From: Felis catus
Taxonomy: Eukaryota
Assembly (NCBI RefSeq): GCF_018350175.1
Contig: NC_058368.1
Span: 108,192,001 to 108,256,000, forward strand
Direction of reading: 5' to 3'
DNA: 64,000 nt
In this document: one piece after another, positions 52,879-64,000 of the stretch
How positions within the stretch are numbered: the stretch's first letter is position 1
Layout of the letters: each line of letters starts with the position of its first letter
Notes under the pieces: model-generated
What the model was told of the DNA's origin: nothing
The model's database searches: none
Seen by the model: the letters and a program-made list of their open reading frames with translations, nothing else
Position numbers and translations under genes: made by a program

Positions 52879-55185
52879 AAATTTTAATTTCTTAATAAAT
52901 GTCTTCCCCAGTTCAGGTTTTTAAAATTCATTTTAATTTAAAATGAATTAAATTTTTAGTTCATGGTATTTAACTTTTTAAATCTTGTTTATGTACATTT
53001 CACAATTTCCTTTAAGATTCCTATTCATCATTTTGTCTCTACAAGGAGCCTGTCATTGATGTTGGTGACTATTGTTGCCGTTGATTTAGGTAGAACTTCA
53101 GGAAGGGCTCTTGAAGGGGCGTCTACTTCTGCTTCATCTGAAGGAGCTGGGTCAAGACAGGCCCTTGGCTGTCTCCAGGCAGCTTTCTCTGCTAAGGGAT
53201 GGGATTTTTTAAAAAGTGTCATAGCTCATTAGAACCAAATATGTCTCCCAAAGGCTTTTTGTACTTACTGCCGACATTAGTTTTTTGTTTGTACAGTGAC
53301 AAACAGCTTCTGACTCCTATTGGGCATGGGCTTGGTTTTTTAGTCAGTTCTGTCAGGTTGAATATCATGCCATTGCTGAGTTTCCTGAAAGTCTCATTGA
53401 TAGATAAAACTTGTCTGAGCCTGATATGGTGAGAGAATTTTGCTCTTATGCGCAGTAATAGTATAAGTGAGACAAAAGCATAAATGTTGTTTATCCAAAG
53501 AAATAGTTTGCCTTGTTAGTTTGTCCTAGACTGAGCAGCATGTGTTAGGGACATGGCTTGATGCACATGAAACAGCTGTGCAATACGGGATTATTGAATG
53601 GTCAGATGACTTGGAATTTATGTTCTCCTAAATAAACTGTTCTTCCCAAGATAACCTTTTATACTAAATTTTTGCTAGAAAAGGAGTCCATGACTGTTTT
53701 AATAATGTAGACTTACTGTGTTAAAATACAGACACAGTCAAAATAATACATTAGAAAACCTAAATCCTGGGGTTTGAAATTGAACAATTGAGTTTTGGAG
53801 GAAAACCAGTTTCTTTTCTTGGTTAGAATTAGCATGACATTATGAATCCACTATGTAAAAATTCAAAGATTGTATTTTTTTTTTTTTTTTTTATAAATAG
53901 GCCCTGAAATATCTAGAAAAAGTAACATGTTAGGTGGGAAATTATTTGGTAGGTAAAATCAACTTTGTACCACAAAAAAGGAGCAGAAAATGAATTTTAA
54001 CTGTAGCATATGGACTGTACTGTGGCCTTCTCAGACGGGGATGTTTATTGAAAATAAATTGGCCTATAGATTTCAGGTTTTTTTTTTTTTTTAATAAAGT
54101 AGTCATTTTAAATAATGTGAAAACAGATAAAACATGTGATACCACTAGAATAAGATGTTCAACGTGAGTAAAATTTTCAGTAGATGGGTAAAAATTACCC
54201 ATTTGAGAGCCAGTTACATTTTTTTTACTTAAACCCTTTTGGATTCTAAATAAGCTATGCGTTTTATATTTTGCTTTTCTGTTAGAATATATTTAAAACT
54301 GCCTTGCTCAGAAAATAGGCAAGTCTTTACTATTTTCTTTAAACCTACTGACTCAGCATCACCAGTGAAAACACCACACAAGTCATGTTTTCTATTAAGT
54401 GCTTACTAAGTATTTGATAAGTAGATTAATAATGGATGTTGTCTGTCGTGTCCCCTCCCTGGGGAACCATGGAAGTGTCAACTGGCTGGCTGAGCTGATT
54501 GCCAGGGCTCTGTGACTCTTCACAGTTAGGTCAACACCTCTGAAACTTTCTTACCTCTCCTTTTTCTAGCATTCTAGCCTGATTCTCTCATTCACTGCTT
54601 CCAGTGGGGTATGAAGTAAGATTGGAATAATGGATGATACACTTAGGGTACTTCACAACTTGCCAGTAAGTTTATGCACCTTTGTTTTAGCCCAGTAAGA
54701 GAGAAAAATACCGCACCATTTATGTATCTCATACATCAGAAAATAGCCCTTTTGGGTGGTTAGGACAGATTATCATGTTGACTCTTTTACAGATAGGAAG
54801 ACTTACTTTAGAGAGAATAAATACTTCACCCAGAGTTAACCATATTAATGAATACATTTGGACTACCATCCAAGTCTTTGGATGCCTAACTTCAACACTA
54901 TCAAGTATGTAAATTCTATCACATGGAACTTTAAAAATTGATCTTTGGTCCAATTTCATTCGTAATTATTTTTGTCTCTAATTGATGTGGTTCCATACGT
55001 GAGGTGTCTGTATACTTTGAGTTGATCTGTATACTTTAGACAGTTTTTGAAGTGTTACCAAGTACATTGTGAATTACAGAACAGGGATTTTGTCACTGGT
55101 AAATGGGGAGAGAAAGAGGCGGCCCAGCAAGTGGTTTTCTAGCCGCCTCAACTTGCCTCAGGGCAGTCAGACAAATTTAAGTCTA

Positions 55186-55383
55186 GGGGCGCCTGGGTGG
55201 CTCAGTTGGTTGAGCGTCCAACTTTGACTCAGGTCATGATCTCACTGGTTTTGAGTTCAAGCCTAGCATTGGGCTCTGTGCTGACAGCTCAGAGCATGGA
55301 GCCTGCTTCAGATTCTGTGTCTTCCTCTCTCTCTGTCCCTCCCCTGCTCCCGATCTCTCTCAAAAATAAACAAAATATTAAAG
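55186..55383 (+). mobile_element. Can-SINE ~95 bp upstream of the last-exon acceptor
   Basis: Complete SINE body and tail. Confidence 0.92.
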
Positions 55384-55478
55384 TATGCTTTCCACAACTG
55401 CTCACCTGGAATGTTGAGACCAGCATCTGCTGCATTGTCCCTAGTTGCTGACTTGGTTCTGTTTCTGTCTTGTTCTAG

Positions 55479-55577
55479 GTTAGCTCCATCCAGAACCAGA
55501 TGCAGTCCAAGGGGGGCTATGGGGGTGGCATGGCCGCCAGTGCACAGATGCAGCTTGTGGACACGAAGGCTGGATAG
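55479..55577 (+). CDS. CDC42SE2: CDC42SE2 last coding exon (VSSIQNQMQSKGGYGGGMAASAQMQLVDTKAG*, aa 53-84)
   Basis: Branch-like ctgac near 55448, a pyrimidine tract and ttctag| acceptor at 55478. In frame with the previous exon, TAG stop at 55575-55577. Spliced total 18+34+32 = 84 aa. Confidence 0.97.
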   Translation, partial: VSSIQNQMQSKGGYGGGMAASAQMQLVDTKAG

Positions 55578-58425
55578 CCCCGCGTCCCTTCTCCAGTGAG
55601 TACCCAGCTCCCACACGCCAACAGCATAGCTTGTGAGGGCTTGGAGTTAAAAGATACATACTTTGTTCTCTTTAGAAATTATGAATTAGTGAAAAAGGGT
55701 AAACATCTATTACTCCGTTGAGTGTTTCTAGTGATCGTTGTAGGCACTTTACTTTGAGTATTAGTTTTAGGTTGCTCTTCTCAAATGCTTTAAGACATCC
55801 AGTTGGGAAGGAGGCTTTGACAGATTGTGTCCCTTAAACAAAAGTGAAATTACTGATTTGAGTATTGATACTGTGGGGAATGCCGTATATCATGAAGTAC
55901 CTTTATATTTTACACAGCGTTATTAATATATTTTTCATGATAAACTTTGAAAGGGTTGTCTAGTTTAATTTGTAAAGGATGAATCCTTAAAGTATAAAAA
56001 TAATTTGGATTTTTCTTTTGGTTTTATAGGTCATTGTGAATTTCTGTGTTTTCTCTTTTCACTCTTCTTTAATTTTGTTGTTGTTGTGATTCCTTTTCAA
56101 ATACAAAAAGAAGTGTGATGGCATCTTGTTCACCCTGTTGTGATTTCTCCAGTGAGATGTTCTTGTTCTGCTCTGAAGAAGCTGTTGTCAGATGAACCCT
56201 GCATTTCCTTCAGCTGGCATGCATGCCTTTGGACTCACAGACTTTGGATTGTGGCTTAATTTTTACCAATATGGATCTGATCTTAGCATGATCTTTTTTG
56301 TGAATGCTAGCACTGTTTTGCTTTTTTTTTTTTTTTTTTTTTTTTTTTGCCATTTGAAACATTTCTCTTCCATCTCCAACCCTCTCTGCCTTATGAGTTT
56401 GTTGGTAAGGTAGGACCTGCTATTATTTGTTAATTTGTCACCATTTATGTATATTTTGGAAGGTATGACATCCACAAGCACAATGATCATTTTTATTCAT
56501 TTGAAACTTGAGCAGAATAGATATCTGCATGCTTTATGAAGTTGCTTCATATGGGAGCCCATGGGATGCCAGAAAGGAGTATTTCTTTGCTGCTGTGGGC
56601 TGAGGGTAACTGCTGCTATTAGAGAAAGGTTAGCTGTGGCACCAAGTCTCGTCAGTTTCACACAAAGAGGCCTAACTGTAGCTTCTTTTAAAGTTAAAAT
56701 CTGGCATTCATAAGGCATTCATTTGGTTGTAAATGTTCAATATATTTATTTTGAGAGCAAGGACCTGGGATTGTAAACAGGTAGGGTTGTGTATCAGCGT
56801 GTTGGGGTGATGCCCTCATCCAGTCTCATTGTGTACTCATTCTGTTTTTACTTGTTTTTATTTTAGTTTTATGGGATCCAGTTGTTTCCACTAACAGTTT
56901 GTTCAAGTCCTGGCCGGTACTCCTAACTTCACACTCTAGAGTCCTTGGCCTTTCCATATTCAGACTTCTTTCAGGGTAGTGGAAGTTACCAAGAGCAATT
57001 TAGTGACTTGACTGAATCGTTGCTCGTGAAAACAGTCTGGCTGGTGATTCTTTAGGACATTGGTGAGAAACCTTTGCTCAGGCTCCAAAATGTTTGTTCT
57101 TCACAAATTATGTATATTTCAGATAATTCTGTAAGTACTTTTCCTTCCCTATGAGGGTGTAGTGTTAAGACAGTTAGTGGTTTTGTAGTCTTATTAAAAT
57201 GTTTAAATCCAATGTCTAATTCAGTTCTGACTACACTTTGTAGGGTTAGCATTTTATGCAGCAGGTGGGGCTTAATTGAAAATGTAGAGAGCCAAGAAAT
57301 TAGGTAACTGGATAAACAATGGGTTTATATAGGCAAAACAGGCAAGCATTTCTCCACCAGTGCTTTTGAATTTAAGTTACCCAGTGCAGTGGGGGTGCTA
57401 GGTAACTCGGTGCTTGTGTTTCTGCACTTTTGAGTCTTTTTAGGTGTCAACCCCACACGGAGAGAGAATCTGTGAAGAAAAACATCTATGCTTAGTAGTA
57501 AAAATAGGCAGTTAGTTTAATTTACTCTGTGGATACTGCATTCTGGAATTTGCTGACCTTGGCCTTGTCAGTACTGATGCTCTTTAGTCTATTTTGACTT
57601 TTAAAATTCGTATAACTTTTATACTTGTCTTATAACTCCTGGAATCACAGTACAGGGAGCCAGGCTCCTTTTTGCTGAATTCATGATTTGATGTTACTCT
57701 TTTTCTAATTAACATCTTCTGTGTGGACCAAATACTCCAGGAGCATTACTGTGCTCCTCGGCGTGTAACTGACCTGCAGTAGCCACACTGTGTGCAAGAA
57801 CATATGCCAAGGAAGGTGCCAATAAATTCAAGGAGACAAGTACAGTTTTAACATACTAACCTTGGACACAGATTTTCTAGGGAGGGTTAAAGATAAGAGT
57901 GTGAAGGGTGCAGCTTCCCCACATCCTAAGTGGAATTGTAAATTTTGGGCAACATGTCTCATTTTAAAATTGAGTCTAAATAAACAGGATTGACTGTTAG
58001 TGGTTTGCTGAAACAAGGGTTAACTGATGCCATGGATTCTAAGAGTGATCTGCGTTCTATACAAGAGCTGCTTTCCCCTGGTGGAGGCATGAAGTGGTGC
58101 CAGTAAGCACAGACCGGGAACGTTAACTGTGGTGATGGGGTTTGGCATTTCCAGTGCAGCATTATCGCCTTTCAAGTGGGCCTTTGGAGATACTTTATAT
58201 ATTAGCTTTTACTTTTGTTATTAAATTATAGCAGTTTCATTATAGAGAGCAAGTTTGCCTTGATTTTGTTTAAAATGACTTCTGCTCAGCTCCCAGAAGA
58301 TAAAATTGACATATTTTTATAATATAAGCATACTTTTTTTGTACATTGTGTTCATTCAGTGTTGGCTTGTAGATATTAAAAAGAAAGTATTGATTTTGAT
58401 TCAATAAATGTTTTCTTTCCATCCT
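55578..58425 (+). other. CDC42SE2: 3'UTR of CDC42SE2 (~2.85 kb)
   Basis: Follows the stop codon; U-rich unique sequence with no recognisable transposon until just after the poly(A) signal at 58403. Confidence 0.8.
58403..58408 (+). terminator. Polyadenylation signal AATAAA (probable main 3' end)
   Basis: AATAAA with upstream TGTA motifs (~58340, ~58368) and a downstream GT/T-rich element (ggtttggtttttcatttctc). Repeats resume shortly after. Confidence 0.8.
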
Positions 58426-58584
58426 GGTTTGGTTTTTCATTTCTCTTAGAGCCCCTTTTTAGGACAGTAATCACAACTGAAAATACAACCCATCGCTTTT
58501 TAAAAGAGAATTTAAATTTGTAGCCACACAGTAAGGAAGCGGTGAGCTGCCACATTAAGCAGTTCTGGAATATTTCCAACACGA

Positions 58585-58710
58585 CAGCAAGTTTGCTCCC
58601 CAGGAAAAACTTGGCAGTGTCTGGAGACATTGTCACATCTTCAGGGAGGGGCGCTACCGAACATCTATCCAGCCCCCAGATGTCAGAGTGCCACCATTGA
58701 GAAACCCTGA
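58585..58710. mobile_element. MER20-like hAT fragment
   Basis: ttggcagtgtctggagacatt...tgtcagagtgcc...ttgagaaaccctg. Confidence 0.7.
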
Positions 58711-58865
58711 CTGAGGACAAAGAATGCGTATACACTGACCAGTACATCCAGTTAGAAACTCTCCACTGCACTTGTGCATAGGTCAGGTAGGTTTGGGTGC
58801 ATCTTGCCAAGTAATGTTGGTCCTAAAATAGAAAAATCAATGAGAAGAATAGGAAGAATATTTCA

Positions 58866-59029
58866 GGGGCACCTGGGTGGCTGAGTCGGTTAAGTGTCCC
58901 AACTTCGGCTCAGGTCATGATCTCACGGTTTGTGGGTTAGAGCCCAGCCTCAGGATCTGTGCTGACAGGTTGGAGCCTGCTTGGGATTCTATGTCTCCCT
59001 CTCTCTCTCTCGAAAACAAACTTTTAAAA
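58866..59029 (+). mobile_element. Can-SINE followed by a (GT)n(AT)n microsatellite
   Basis: SINE head and body; simple repeat at 59033-59099. Confidence 0.9.
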
Positions 59030-59032
59030 TGG

Positions 59033-59100
<68 letters not shown>

Positions 59101-59969
59101 CAAAAAGTTTTGATGCCTGTTGTCCTCATTTCATGGCCCAAGACTCAAAGGAAATTGGGTTAAGATGATAAAATAGTAACAATTAAGACCTCATGATTAA
59201 GAATAAAAGTATCTGAAGAAACTGATGTTGGTTTATCAAGATTTCTACTTTGAGCACGTTTTCAAAACACATGAATAAAATGTGCAAGGACTCATAAGAT
59301 AAGCACATAAAGGACAAATCTATAAAAATGATCTGGAATTTGCTAAAACTTGCAACTCGCATAGGTAAGGAAATCATTTACCTTCTGCTTAAAGTACGCT
59401 TTGAGCACATGGCAAAGAAAGCAACTGAAATGTTACCTTCAATTTATTGTCTCCACCCCAAAGGGTCCAGTAAGAAAACTTTACCACTCAACAACTCATG
59501 TTAATCTGACTTTATATCTAAGCACATTAACTTTTCACTCTATGTTTTCAGTGCTTCCTACCAGTTAGCTACTTTTGACCCCTCCCCTCATTCTCCAGTC
59601 TACTGATCTTAACGGTTTCTGTCTGGCCTGCCTTCAGTTACCACCTGAATAAGGAGATGGAAATGTTTGATTTGAGGGGGAAGGACTGGTGATCCTGGTA
59701 TGCAGTCAGGGGGACTGTAGTCTGATTGGAAGGTGACAGCTGGGGAGAGAAGACATTATCCACCTCTTACCCCAAATTTTCTCCCCTGTAAACACAGTTC
59801 ACTGGAGGTTTTACAACTGGCTCAAACTCCCATGGGCAGTAGCTTTCTATGGATAAATAAGAGGACAGCCTGTTTGGGAGCTCAGAAAGGATACCTAAGC
59901 AAGGATTTTTATTTTTGGTTTTGCCCCTCGAAAGGAACAACCAACAAGACACTTACTTAAAAATCCCCA

Positions 59970-60165
59970 GGGGTGCCTGGGTGGCTCAGTCCAACTTCGC
60001 CTCAGGTCATTATCTCACAGTTGGTGGGTTCAAGCCCCGCATAGGGCTCTCTGCTGACACCTCGGAGCCTGGAGCCTGTTTCAGATTCTGTATCTCCCTC
60101 TCTCTCAGTCCCTCCCCTGCTCTCACTCGCTCTCAAAGATGAATAAACATTAAAAAAACTTAAAA
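59970..60165 (+). mobile_element. Can-SINE
   Basis: TSD-like aaaaatccccag / aaaaatcctcag. Confidence 0.9.
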
Positions 60166-60477
60166 ATCCTCAGAGTTTCACCTAGTTACCTAAACAAACT
60201 CATTCGTTATACATCTGTGCCTTTCAAATGTTTCAGCCGACTATTTACGTTAGACCCCGATTCTTTGCCACAGCATACTCAGGCGGTGTCTGTTTCTGGG
60301 TGTCTTTCAACATCATCGTTTCGATGTTCAGAAATAGTGCAGCGAAGAGGTAAATATCCTTGTTGCTGCTTTTGGTAGTCACTCAGATTCTAAATTCCAA
60401 ATGCTATGAGATTTGAGTTTGATTTTTCACAAATCTCTGTAGATTTTGCTTACCTCTAATTTTCACTGCTTGGATAG

Positions 60478-60666
60478 TGTCTTAGCCTGTTTGGGCTTCA
60501 GATCTGCATAGGGTGAATAGGAATCTCTCTTTATAAAACATCTCTTCACAAGTGACACTTTCATGACCAGCACTTCCTGGTTGCCTCGCCTCCTGATAGT
60601 ATCATCTTTGGGAGTTAGGATTTCAACATGAATTGTTGGGGGATACACACATAAAGACCAAAGCAC
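60478..60666. mobile_element. MLT1 (MaLR) LTR fragment
   Basis: tgtcttagcctgtttgggct...gttaggatttcaacatgaatt...gggggatacaca...aagca. Confidence 0.7.
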
Positions 60667-62201
60667 TCAGCTGCAGGAAGTGAGTGGAATCGTCTCTCTT
60701 TAGAGGCAGCCACATCCAACCTGTGCACAGTGGAGCAAAGGCTACAGGCCAGTAGCCTATCAGGATCAGGCACTACTGAAACTGAGAAGCCAAAACCAGC
60801 CACCCTCTCTCCCTGCCTCCCTTTTACCAATCTGATATTCCTGAAGGAGACTAACATGACAGGTAGACATTTTAGAAAAAAACCCAGCCTGTTAGGTCAT
60901 AGGAGGTGTGAAAAGTTAAGGGAAACGGAGGATTCAAGTGATCCCTGGTGTGCTAAGCCCAGAAAATGCTCTCACGGGGAAGGAAAAAAAATATCAAAAA
61001 GAAATGCTCTCTTCATTCTTTGTGTCTTGAAATTTCAAAAACCTTTTTGCATTTATACTTTCCCACTTCATAGCCTCAATAAACCTTTTGTTCTGAAGTT
61101 TTGTACCCTGCTCTGGGAGATTATTTCTTCTTCTGAGGATTAGGAGATTTTTCAGTAGCAGCCCTATAATGGAGCGCTTTCTCAGACTTGTGAGAGAAAA
61201 TAATTTTGAACTCGTACATTCTATCTACAGCCAGACTGTCCGTGAAACAAGATGGCAAAATAAAGATGAGTGGTCAGAAAGTTCTCCACACACCCTTTCT
61301 GAAAACACGTACCAAAGAGTATGCTCTGCAAGAACTAGTAGAACAAATTTAAGAGGATAATTCAAAGAAATGCCAGGACTTCTAGGTCTGAAGCTGATGT
61401 AGCAGTCTATCCTAATGAGAAGAAACAAGGGGAAGATTTTAGGAAAGCTGGTTATGAGAAGCATCATTAGCTGCAAGCTCCACGCATTCAAACATTTTTT
61501 TATTGAGCACTATGTGCCCAAGGCACTGTTCACACACTGCAGATACAGCAGTGAACAAAACAAATTCCTTCACCCTCCGGGAGCTCTCATTCTAGTGTTG
61601 GGGATGCAGACAGATGGACTTTAAAAGCCAAATAAGTAAATCATGCGAGAGATCACAAAATGACCAGTGGCCTGGACAGCTGGGGATTTGGAAGAAGACC
61701 TACAGTTGGAAATGCCACCAGGCTGAGACTGTGATAAGAAGTGGAGAGGACTGCAGTAACAGGGTGACATAACACGTCCTACTGTCAGTGAGCAGAAAGG
61801 ACAGTTCTTGATATGCTGGTATAAACCACACACTTGTCCAAAGCTAGGACATGATTTTGAGGGAACAATGTATGTAATTTAAGAACCTAGGACAGGGTCA
61901 GCCATGCAAATAAGAGTTATATGACAACTAATTGCCTCTCTTTAAGAGTCCATAGATAATCATCTTTTAAAAGCATAGCATAAAAGAGTTATTCTCACAG
62001 AACACCCCATACATTTTAGAAAATGGCAAAATTCAATGCAAGGGAAAGTCGAGGAGGAGAGTGTAAGTGCTAATCTCTTTATGCAAATCCTGGGAGAAGT
62101 ACTACCTCTAGGTCTGTGTTTATCTTTTACAGTTACAAACAACATTACATGTCAACTATATCTTAGTAGAGCTTGGAAAAAATTATAAGACTAACAAATT
62201 A

Positions 62202-62302
62202 GGGGTGTCTAGTTGGCTCTGTCGGTAGAGCATGTGATTCTTGATCTTGGGGTCATGTTGGGTGCCCCCATGTTGGGTGCAGAGCTTACTTAACAAACAA
62301 AA
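62202..62302 (+). mobile_element. Short Can-SINE
   Basis: ggggtgtctagttggctctgtcggtagagcatgtgattcttgatct; TSD-like ctaacaa. Confidence 0.78.
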
Positions 62303-62615
62303 ACCTAACAATTGAGAAACTTAAATGTAAACTAAAACCATAAATGGAATGAGGGAGAAGGAAGTCTTGCAAGCCTCCTCTTTTATAGGATTCAAAGTTG
62401 ATGAGTCAATAAATGAAATTTCTTATTAAAGAGGTAACCTGCAGAATAATGCAAAATGCAGTGTGTGTAAGTAAGAATGGAGTTAGAAGCAGGCATGGAG
62501 ACTTTTATTTTTCATGTAGTTCCGGTTTTCCTGTTTGGATTTCATTTTCTTTATACTGTTAATTTCATAACAGTAACATAAAACAAAGTAACAATACCTT
62601 TTAAATAATTATCAG

Positions 62616-63710
62616 GGAGGTGTTTTCAGCAAGATGGCAGGCTAGGATGCTCTAGGCTCTTGTTTCCCGCACAGAAACATCAAATACACAATATATGAAT
62701 CAAAATAGTTTTGTGAAAATGCTAGAAACCAGTTCACCTGCATCAACTAAGTGAACGCCTAACAGAAAAGGCCACGCTCGGGGCACCTGGGTGGCTCAGT
62801 CGGTTAAGTGTCCAACTTTGGCTCAGGTCATGATCTCACAGTTGGTGGGTTCAAGCCCCGCATCGGGCTCTGTGCTGACAGCTCAGAGCCTGGAGCCTGC
62901 TTCAGATTCTGTCTCCCTCTCTCTCAGCCCCTCCCCTGTTCATGCTCTCGCTCTATCTCTCTTTCAAAAGTAAATATTAAAAAAAAAAAAAAAAAGGTTA
63001 TGCTCAGAATGGTCAGAAATTTTGAGGCCTTTTGTTGGCCTTTGCCACACCCTTGCTCTTGTGCAGTATGCCTCAGTTGTGAAAAAACCACTTAATTCTG
63101 GATTTCTCCCTCAGGACTCCAGGAAAAGAATGAAACTTGCTTCTAACTTTCTGGCTTGTCTGGGGGCTACGTGAGGGATTGGTTTGTCTTGCCAGACTCA
63201 ACATTGATGGAAATGGTGGCATAATGTGGAAGGTAGATTGGAGGATGCTGACAACAGACATGGGTGCACGTGGACTCAAGACCTGTGGATGGCTGGGGAC
63301 TAGAGATCACAGGCAGGGGAACACAAACTCAAGTCTCCTGAGAAGGAGCACGAATGAGATTCTTACGGAAGCGAAACAAGTCAGCAGTTGCTATGTGGAG
63401 AACTGGGACAAAAGCACACACGCCGTCCCAGGGAAGATACATCCCCAGGAAAGAGGAGAAGACCATAAGGCCTTCAGTTGGGCTGATGAGCAAAGGTCTT
63501 CCCCTGCATGAAGAGGGGGCTCCTTTTTCAAATGCCCCGATCTCAACAAAAGATCATAAGACATAGAAAGAAATAACAAAACACGGCTCATTCAAAGGAA
63601 CAAAATACATCTCTAGAAACCAGTCTGTAAAAAAATGCAGCTCTCTGACTTGGCACAGGTTTTAAAACAGGGGTCTTACATGTGCTCAGTGAGCTAAGTG
63701 AACATGGACA
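62616..63710 (+). mobile_element. Old L1 5' region, interrupted by a SINE
   Basis: Starts ggaggtgttttcagcaagatggcag; later ORF1-proximal motif ggctcattcaaaggaacaaaata. Confidence 0.6.
62780..62995 (+). mobile_element. Can-SINE nested in an old L1 5' region
   Basis: TSD-like aaaaggccacgctc / aaaaggttatgctc. Confidence 0.92.
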
Positions 63711-63714
63711 AATA

Positions 63715-63973
63715 TATTTTCTCTTCCGGATTATTTTAATAGCATTTTCTTTTTTCTAGTTTCACATTTTGAATACAGTATAGAATATATGTAACATACA
63801 AAATATGTATTAACTGTTTATGTTGTTGGTAAGACTTCTGGTCAACAGAAGCCAATCAAAATTTATTTTCTTAGTAGTTTTGGGGAGTCAAAAATTTTAC
63901 GTGGATTTTTGAGTGCATGACAGGAGGGTGGTGGTTAGCACCCCTAGCCCCCAGGTTGCTCAAGGGTAAACTG
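63715..63973. mobile_element. Tigger2a-like MITE fragment
   Basis: Ends gttgctcaagggtaaactg|ta, a Tigger2-type terminal repeat followed by a TA target. Confidence 0.7.
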
Positions 63974-64000
63974 TATAATCAAACTATCAAGAGTCAAAGA

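Noticed and set aside
55411..55599. 62-aa ORF overlapping the last exon, and antisense ORF 55308-55616
   Set aside because: Alternative frames over a GC-rich exon and SINE; the real frame is fixed by the splice sites and protein identity.
60730..61360. 137-aa and 63-aa ORFs downstream of the gene
   Set aside because: No recognisable domain or supporting splice structure; lengths are compatible with chance.
1..64000. tRNA genes, CRISPR arrays, prokaryotic systems or a gene CpG-island promoter
   Set aside because: A/B-box motifs all belong to SINE heads, there are no regularly spaced repeats, and the only CpG-rich stretches are the L1 5'UTR and young SINEs.

Overview
Mammalian (felid-type) genomic DNA, judged from abundant Can-SINE/SINEC_Fc-type tRNA-derived SINEs and a cat-type LINE-1. 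The window holds the whole coding part of one gene, CDC42SE2 (SPEC2), on the + strand. It has three small phase-0 coding exons (22957-23010, 51524-51625, 55479-55577) encoding an 84-aa CRIB-domain protein, then a ~2.85 kb 3'UTR with no recognisable transposon, ending at AATAAA 58403. The promoter and upstream non-coding exon(s) are not visible and are probably 5' of the window. The rest is intron and flank, rich in transposon relics: a full-length but decayed sense-strand L1 (11680-17890) with target-site duplications (TSDs), a 460-bp ERV1-type solo LTR, more than 25 SINEs, older L1/L2/MIR/MaLR fragments and DNA-transposon MITEs. Nearly all ORFs in the supplied track are repeat-derived or spurious, and the real gene is missing from that track because its exons are short. 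I found no convincing new multi-gene system. The most unusual observations are small rearrangements: a local templated duplication inside a SINE that keeps sequence its donor seems to have lost, a composite SINE apparently carrying foreign flank, and 11 extra bases at the L1 5' junction. Repeat subfamily names are from pattern recognition, not a database search, and boundaries of old repeats are approximate.
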